Below are positions 58,045-64,000 of a stretch of DNA of 64,000 nt, in pieces. Every line of letters starts with the position of its first letter. The stretch's first letter is position 1. This DNA is from Chloroflexota bacterium. GTDB lineage: Bacteria; Chloroflexota; Dehalococcoidia; UBA2979. The stretch spans positions 64,001 through 128,000 of the forward strand of contig JAQCIU010000002.1 in NCBI GenBank assembly GCA_027593235.1. Reading direction: 5' to 3'. The notes beneath the pieces are model-generated. The model was not told the origin of the DNA. It saw nothing but the letters and a program-made list of their open reading frames with translations, and searched no databases. Made by a program: the position numbers and the translations under genes.

Positions 58045-58956
58045 ATGGAGATTCGAAACGACGCGGGCGTCAGCAAGCTGTTGGCCTCGACGGAGGAGAC
58101 GCGGCTCTGCACCGGGTTCGGATTCACCGAGGGCCCGATCTGGATCGCGGCCGACAACTGCCTGCTGTTCAGCGACATCCCGGGCAACCGGATGCACCGC
58201 TGGCGCCCCGGGAGCGACATCGCCGAGGTCTATCGCGAGCCGAGCGGCCACGCGAACGGGCACACCCTCGACGCGTCGGGACGCCTCGTCAGCTGCGAGC
58301 ACTCGGGGCGGCGGGTGTCGCGAGCGGGCTACAACGCGGCGGCGGAGACGCTGGTCGCGCAGTACGACGGGAAGACGTTCAACAGCCCGAACGACGTCGT
58401 GGTGCACAGCTCCGGCGCCATCTACTTCACCGATCCGACCTACGGCCTGCAGCCGGCGCGGCCCGGCCGCGAACCGTTTGGCGTGCCCGGCGCGCAGCAG
58501 GAGATCGACTTCCAGGGTGTCTACCGGATCGATCCCGACGGTGCGTTGACGCTGCTGGTCGACGATTTCAATCAGCCGAACGGCCTCGCCTTCACTCCCG
58601 ACGAATCCGTCCTGTACATCGGCGACTCCGGCGACAAGACGATCCGTCGCTTCGATGTTGCCGCCGACGGCTCGATCAGCGGTGGTGAGCTATTCGTCGA
58701 CATGCGTCCGGTCGATCTGGTGGGCGTCCCTGACGGGATGAAGGTCGACGCGGATGGCCGTCTCTGGACCACCGGCGCCGGCGGCGTCTGGGTGATCGAG
58801 GCCGATGGCACCGTCCTCGGCACCTTCGAGACCGCCGAACACGCGGCCAACCTCACCTTCGGCGGGCCGAACTTCTCGTCCCTCTTCCTGACCGCGCAGA
58901 CCAGCGTCTATCGCGTGGAGACGAACGTTCGAGGCATCGTCCCCGAATCCCGCTGA
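58045..58956 (+). CDS. SMP-30/gluconolactonase/LRE family protein
   Basis: FTEGPIW, FSDIP, NSPND, FTDP, PNGLAF, PDGMKVD. Confidence 0.93.
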   Translation: MEIRNDAGVSKLLASTEETRLCTGFGFTEGPIWIAADNCLLFSDIPGNRMHRWRPGSDIAEVYREPSGHANGHTLDASGRLVSCEHSGRRVSRAGYNAAAETLVAQYDGKTFNSPNDVVVHSSGAIYFTDPTYGLQPARPGREPFGVPGAQQEIDFQGVYRIDPDGALTLLVDDFNQPNGLAFTPDESVLYIGDSGDKTIRRFDVAADGSISGGELFVDMRPVDLVGVPDGMKVDADGRLWTTGAGGVWVIEADGTVLGTFETAEHAANLTFGGPNFSSLFLTAQTSVYRVETNVRGIVPESR

Positions 58957-60332
58957 TGGCGGTCGACGCCGCGTTTCGGCAGGGGCTGCGCGCGCGCGTC
59001 GAGGAGGCGATGGCACGCCTCGCCGTACCCGGGGTGGTGGTCGGCATCCTCGAGGGCGGTCGCGAGACGGTCGAGTGCTTCGGCGCGACAAGCATCGAAC
59101 ACCCGCTCGCGGTCGACGAGCACACGCTCTTCCAGATCGGTTCCACGACCAAGACCTTCACCGCGACGCTGCTGATGCAGGATCTGGAAGCGGGACGGCT
59201 GGACCTCGATCTGCCGATTCGCCGCTACCTCCCGGAGCTGCGGCTCCAGCGCGAGGAGTGGAGCGACACGCTGACGACGCGCCAGTTGCTGACCCACACG
59301 GGCGGCTTCGACGGTGACTGGTTCCTCGTCCATCCGCGACCGGTCGACGACCGATTGGCCTCGACGGTCAGCACGCTCGCTGATGCTCCCTGTGACACCC
59401 CACCCGGTGCGGCCTACGCCTATTCGAACGCCGGCTTCGCCGTCCTCGGGCGGCTCGCCGAGGTGCTCGCCGGCGATCGACTGTCCTACGAGGAGTTGGT
59501 CGCCCAGCGGATCTTCGAGCCGCTCGGCCTGACGCACTCCGTGATTCGCCCGCACGACGTGCTGCTACACCGCTTCGTCGCGGGACACCTCGTGCGTGAC
59601 GGCCAGATCGAGGTCGCGCGGCCCTGGCATCTCGCTCGCAGCGCGGCCGCGCACGGGGCGATTGCGTCGAATGTCCTCGATCAGTTGCGCTGGCTGCGGT
59701 TCCAGCTTGGGGACGGGACCGGTACGGACGCGGTTGGGCAGACGTCGCGGGTGCTCGGCGAGGCGACGCTGCGCTCGATGCAGACGCGCCAGGTCGACGG
59801 CGGTAGCAACTGCGAGGGCATCGGCTTCGCCTGGATGCGTGAGTTGCCCGGCGACACCGAGGTCTGGCGTCACGGCGGCGAGACCAACGGGCACATGTGC
59901 GGGTTCAAGTTCGTGCCGGCGCGCGACTTTGGCATCGTCGTGATGACGAACTCGTCGAGCGGGATCCGGCTGCACGAGGACCTGATCGAGTGGGTCTTCG
60001 ACGAGTTGCTGGATCTGCGCCCCGTTGAACCGGCGATCGTGCCGGCGCCCGAGCTGGCGCCGATCCTCGGTCGCTACGGCGGGTCGCTGCGCGATCTGGT
60101 GCTGACGCAGCGAGACGGCGAGCTGTGGGTGGAGCTACAGATTCACCAGCGCGACGGGCGACCGAAGCCGCTGGTCACGCCGCCGACGCGCGGCGAGTTC
60201 GTCTCGCCCTCGACGTTCGTCACGCGTGGTCCGCTCCTCGGGGAGGGCAACATCCTCGCGCAGGCGGGCACCGAGGTCGGGCCGTTCGTCCGTTGGGACG
60301 GACGCATGCTGCGGAGGATCGGCGACGCGTAG
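58956..60332 (+). CDS. Serine hydrolase (class C beta-lactamase/esterase family)
   Basis: GSTTK (SxxK), LLTHTGG, YSN, HGG. Confidence 0.9.
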   Translation: MAVDAAFRQGLRARVEEAMARLAVPGVVVGILEGGRETVECFGATSIEHPLAVDEHTLFQIGSTTKTFTATLLMQDLEAGRLDLDLPIRRYLPELRLQREEWSDTLTTRQLLTHTGGFDGDWFLVHPRPVDDRLASTVSTLADAPCDTPPGAAYAYSNAGFAVLGRLAEVLAGDRLSYEELVAQRIFEPLGLTHSVIRPHDVLLHRFVAGHLVRDGQIEVARPWHLARSAAAHGAIASNVLDQLRWLRFQLGDGTGTDAVGQTSRVLGEATLRSMQTRQVDGGSNCEGIGFAWMRELPGDTEVWRHGGETNGHMCGFKFVPARDFGIVVMTNSSSGIRLHEDLIEWVFDELLDLRPVEPAIVPAPELAPILGRYGGSLRDLVLTQRDGELWVELQIHQRDGRPKPLVTPPTRGEFVSPSTFVTRGPLLGEGNILAQAGTEVGPFVRWDGRMLRRIGDA

Positions 60333-60377
60333 CTGCCGCTTCACCTCGATGGTGGGCAGCCCTCGGAGGTCGCGCGG

Positions 60378-61376
60378 CTAGCGGCCGCGGAGCCGCGGAT
60401 CGAGCTCGTCGCGGAGGGCGTCGCCAGCGAGGTTGAAGGCAAGCACGGCGATGGTGATCGCGGTGCCGGAGAAGACGGCTTCCCACGGGTTCAGGTCCAG
60501 CGCGTTTCGCCCGGAGTTCACCATCTTTCCCCAGGTCGTCTTGTCGGCCGGGCCGAGACCGAGGAACGAGAGCGACGCCTCAGCGAGAACGTACACCCCG
60601 ATCGAGATCGAGAAGATGACGACGACCGGCGCCATGATGTTGGGGAGGACGTGGCGGAACATAATCCGGCGGTTGCTCGCCCCGTAGGACGCCGCTGCTT
60701 CGACGAAGGTGCTCGCGGAAACGGCGAGCACGGCGGATCGCACAATCCTCGTTGAAGCCGACCATCCGAGGAGCCCGAGCGCGAAGACCGTGATCGCGAG
60801 GTTTGGCTGGTCCATCACCGAGACGAGCAGCAGCAGCAGCACGAGCCCGGGGAACGCCTGCATCGCGTCGACGAGCCGCTGCACGATCAGGTCGACGCGC
60901 CCGCCGAAGTAGCGGGAGACGAGCCCGGTGACCGTCCCGCTCAGCACCGAGATCAGCGATGCGCCGATCCCGATGATCACCGCCAGCCGGGTGCCGACGA
61001 TGATCCGCGCGTAGATATCCCGCCCGAACTGGTCGGTTCCGAGCCAGTGTGCCCCGCTCCCCGGCGACTCCCAGCGGTTGAGCGTGAAGGGCGCGCTGAG
61101 GTTCGGATTGCGGGCGATGTCGAGGGGGTTGGCCGTCGGGTTGAACTCCGGATTCTCCGTCTGAAACGCCACGTTCTCGTCGTAACGCTGAAGGATTGGG
61201 GAGAAGAGGGCGATCAGCAGGATGAGCATCATCAGCACGAAGCCGAACGCGCCCAGTTTGTTCCGGCGAGCGATCGCGCCGAGCCGCTGGAGGCGCGATC
61301 GCCCCTGGCGGCGCTGTACCTCGGGCAACAGCACGCCCTCGGCGATACGCCCGGCTACGTCGTCGAGTTGAGCCAC
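60378..61376 (-). CDS. Peptide/nickel ABC permease (DppC-like)
   Basis: HWLGTDQFGRD, FVEAA..GA, HVLPN, EASLSFLGLG, GDALRDELDPR. Confidence 0.93.
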   Translation of the reverse strand: MAQLDDVAGRIAEGVLLPEVQRRQGRSRLQRLGAIARRNKLGAFGFVLMMLILLIALFSPILQRYDENVAFQTENPEFNPTANPLDIARNPNLSAPFTLNRWESPGSGAHWLGTDQFGRDIYARIIVGTRLAVIIGIGASLISVLSGTVTGLVSRYFGGRVDLIVQRLVDAMQAFPGLVLLLLLVSVMDQPNLAITVFALGLLGWSASTRIVRSAVLAVSASTFVEAAASYGASNRRIMFRHVLPNIMAPVVVIFSISIGVYVLAEASLSFLGLGPADKTTWGKMVNSGRNALDLNPWEAVFSGTAITIAVLAFNLAGDALRDELDPRLRGR

Positions 61377-61389
61377 GGACGCCCCTGTC

Positions 61390-62349
61390 CTAGGTGAACC
61401 GGATGCGCGGATCGAGCCATCCGTAGATGACGTCGACCACGAGGTTCGTCGTGACGATGACGAAGGCGATCACCAGGACAGCGCCCTGGAAGGGCGGAAA
61501 ATCGCGCAGGATCAGCCGGGTGAAGAGGAACCGACCCACACCGTCGATGTTGAACATGTTCTCGAGGATGATCTGGCCGCTGACGACGTTCGCGATTGTC
61601 AGGCCCATCACCGTGAGCACCGGCAGCGCCGCGTTCTTCATCGCGTGGTTCACCCACACCGTGCGTTCGCGGAGGCCCTTCGCCCGCGCGGTGCGGATGT
61701 AGTCGTTCCGCATCACCTCGAGCATTTGCGAGCGAAGCAGCCGCATGATGCCGGCGCCACCGGCTACGCCGCCGGCGATCGTGGGGATCAGATAGAGCTT
61801 CGCGGCGCCGATCGGATCGGTCCAGAAATGCGGTTCGCCGACGATGTCGATCCGAAACAAGTCGAACTTGAGAACGACCAGCGTCATCAGGATCGCGATG
61901 AAGAACACCGGTGACGCGACGCCGAGGATGGAGAACCCGCGCAGCAGGTAATCGATCCAGGTGTCCTGTTTAACAGCGCTGACCACGCCGATCGGGATGC
62001 TCAGCGCGAACGACACGAAGATGATCAGCGTCCCGAGTTCGAGTGTCGTCGGCAGGCGCCGTCCGAGTTCGGACCAGGTGCTGCGACCGGTGTCGTACGA
62101 CGTGCCGAGGTCCAGCGTCGCGGTGTCGGCCATGAAGTCGACGTAGCGACGCCAGAGCGGCTTGTCCAGACCGAGGATGTGGCGCGCCTCCTCGATTGCC
62201 TCGGAGTAGTCGGCCAGCTCGAGGTTCGTCGCCACCTGCCGCTGGGCGAAATCACCCGGCAGCAGGTTAGAGGCGAAGAACACGAGGGAGGCGACGAACC
62301 ATAAGACGACGACGTTGAGCAGCAGTCGCCGCAGGATGTACTGGGACAC
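61390..62349 (-). CDS. Peptide/nickel ABC permease (DppB-like)
   Basis: YILRRL, DYIRTARAKGL, HAMKNA, LDPRIR. Confidence 0.93.
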   Translation of the reverse strand: MSQYILRRLLLNVVVLWFVASLVFFASNLLPGDFAQRQVATNLELADYSEAIEEARHILGLDKPLWRRYVDFMADTATLDLGTSYDTGRSTWSELGRRLPTTLELGTLIIFVSFALSIPIGVVSAVKQDTWIDYLLRGFSILGVASPVFFIAILMTLVVLKFDLFRIDIVGEPHFWTDPIGAAKLYLIPTIAGGVAGGAGIMRLLRSQMLEVMRNDYIRTARAKGLRERTVWVNHAMKNAALPVLTVMGLTIANVVSGQIILENMFNIDGVGRFLFTRLILRDFPPFQGAVLVIAFVIVTTNLVVDVIYGWLDPRIRFT

Positions 62350-62400
62350 GAACGCCTCCCCGGGCCCGCGACCTCGTGGTCAGGCTGGCCGGTTGCCTCG

Positions 62401-64000
62401 TTACAGCGTCACGGTGGCACGTCCCTGGAATGACGGATCGTTCTGATCCAGCCACACATTCTTGGAGGCGAGGTGCCCAGCGAAGATGTTGTAGCCCTGT
62501 CCCGGTTCGCCTCCGCTGGCGGCAATCTTGTTGTTGCCGTGGAAGTAGTTCCAGCTCGCGCTGCGGGAGATGTAGTTGTAGAGAATGACGTTCCCGTACT
62601 GTCCGTTCTCCAGAATCAGCCGCTGCGCTTGCCTTGAGAGTTCGACGGATTCCTCGTAGTCGACCGAGACGAGGGCCTGATCGAGAAGCGCGTCGATGTC
62701 CGGGTTGTCGACGTGCTGGAAGTTCGCCGTGCTCGTCGAGTGGAACGTCTGACGCAGCTCCGCCCGCGGGTCCGGGCTGCTCACCTGCGAGGTCCAGGCG
62801 AACCAGTTCGGGAACTGGCCGTTCGCCAGGTTCGGGATGATGTCGTCGTTGTAGGTGGTCCGCGTGGACTTGAACTGAGTGACGCCCATCGCCGTGTTCA
62901 GCATCTCCGGGATCACCTGCGTGGTGTCCGGCCATGGCCCCAACCAGGTGTCCGGGATCTGAATGTCGACGTCGCCCAACGCGTCGCCGCCGGCGGCGGC
63001 CCACAGATCGCGAGCGACCTTGAGGTCCTCGTCGCGGGTTGTGCGGTAGCCGTCCAGCGTCACCAGCTCGTCCGGGAGGAGGGCGTAGCCCTCCTGCAGC
63101 CAGGTGACGGGGCCGCTGACCTGGCCGAGTCCCTGGTGGAAGGTCTGGATCATCGCTCGCCGGTCGAAGGCCGCGTTCATCGCGCGGACGAGGCGTACGT
63201 CCTTGAACTGCTGGTTCATGTTCAGGTGCAGGTAGACGGTGTTTGCGACGCCGGTCAGGGTCTCGTACATCGAGTCGCTGTTCGCCTCGAGGATTGCCTT
63301 GGTGAGGCTGGGGTCCGGTGAGCTGAACGCGTCGATCTGCTTCTGCTCGAAGGCGACGCGGCTGGCGTTCGGGTCCTCGAAGAGCAGTGGGTAGATCCAG
63401 CCATCGAGGTGCGGCTCACCCGGCCGGAAGTTCTTCGGGTTCTTGAGGAAGATGATCTCCTCGTCGGAGCGCCACTGCTTCAGTGTGTACGCCCCGGTCG
63501 CGGGCATCGCGTCCTCGCTGAGGGTGCGGTGGTCGGCTTCGAACTTCTCGGTCGCTTCGCGGTTCGGCACCGTGGAGAAGTACGCGGCGAGGCGACCGAG
63601 GAAGGTCCCGTTCGGGGTGGCCAGCTTCGCGATGATCGTCGACTCGTCGGGTGTCTCGATGCTGGTGATGCCCTGGTAGAACGTCTGGTGGCGGAATGGC
63701 GATTCGGTGCCGTCCGCCAGCAGGCCGGCGGCCTGTCGTTCCCAGTGCCACTTGATGTCCTCCGAGGTCAGTTGGCGGCCGCCGGTGATCGGCGTGTCCT
63801 GCCAGAAGACATCGGGGCGGATGTTGAACGTGTAAGTCGCGGCGTCCGGGATCTCCCACGACTCGGCGAGATCCCCGCCGATTTCGCCGGTGTCCGGGTT
63901 GTCGTAGCGGACGACCTTGTTTAGTACGTAGTTCGAGAGCCACGAGGTGGGGTCGCCGAACGCACGGTGCACGTCGATCGAGTCGAAGACGTTGCCGCCG
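62401..64000 (-). CDS. Peptide ABC substrate-binding protein (family 5); 5' end lies beyond the window
   Basis: DLAESWE, YTFNIRPDVFW, TGAYTL, FKDVRL; the frame stays open to the window edge. Confidence 0.92.
   Translation of the reverse strand, partial: GGNVFDSIDVHRAFGDPTSWLSNYVLNKVVRYDNPDTGEIGGDLAESWEIPDAATYTFNIRPDVFWQDTPITGGRQLTSEDIKWHWERQAAGLLADGTESPFRHQTFYQGITSIETPDESTIIAKLATPNGTFLGRLAAYFSTVPNREATEKFEADHRTLSEDAMPATGAYTLKQWRSDEEIIFLKNPKNFRPGEPHLDGWIYPLLFEDPNASRVAFEQKQIDAFSSPDPSLTKAILEANSDSMYETLTGVANTVYLHLNMNQQFKDVRLVRAMNAAFDRRAMIQTFHQGLGQVSGPVTWLQEGYALLPDELVTLDGYRTTRDEDLKVARDLWAAAGGDALGDVDIQIPDTWLGPWPDTTQVIPEMLNTAMGVTQFKSTRTTYNDDIIPNLANGQFPNWFAWTSQVSSPDPRAELRQTFHSTSTANFQHVDNPDIDALLDQALVSVDYEESVELSRQAQRLILENGQYGNVILYNYISRSASWNYFHGNNKIAASGGEPGQGYNIFAGHLASKNVWLDQNDPSFQGRATVTL

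Overview
This is a high-GC bacterial chromosomal window with about 50 protein-coding genes. I found no rRNA, tRNA, CRISPR array or transposase. The content suggests Chloroflexota, probably Dehalococcoidia-like (inference): fused family-III CoA-transferases, an LLM oxidoreductase, SDRs, an F420-type reductase, a Dpp ABC system and an AGAAC-N4-GTTCT LexA box. Most genes are transport or catabolic. The most notable signals are: (1) a LexA-boxed mutagenesis cassette lacking imuA, in which ImuB appears split into a core and an overlapping small ORF ahead of dnaE2; (2) three copies of a covarying double CTTCG-hairpin element at gene ends; (3) a sharp strand-skew switch at about 13.6-13.75 kb, coinciding with a 5'-truncated beta-helix gene and a wzc-cysC islet; (4) a class A beta-lactamase-fold lipoprotein with CxxN in place of SxxK; (5) a DUF2235 lipase-like gene coupled to a divergent M23-LysM hydrolase; (6) a stand-alone BcsA-PilZ synthase beside a PAS-GGDEF-EAL gene; (7) several gene remnants missed or buried in the ORF track. 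All family calls come from motif recognition by eye, with no database searches.
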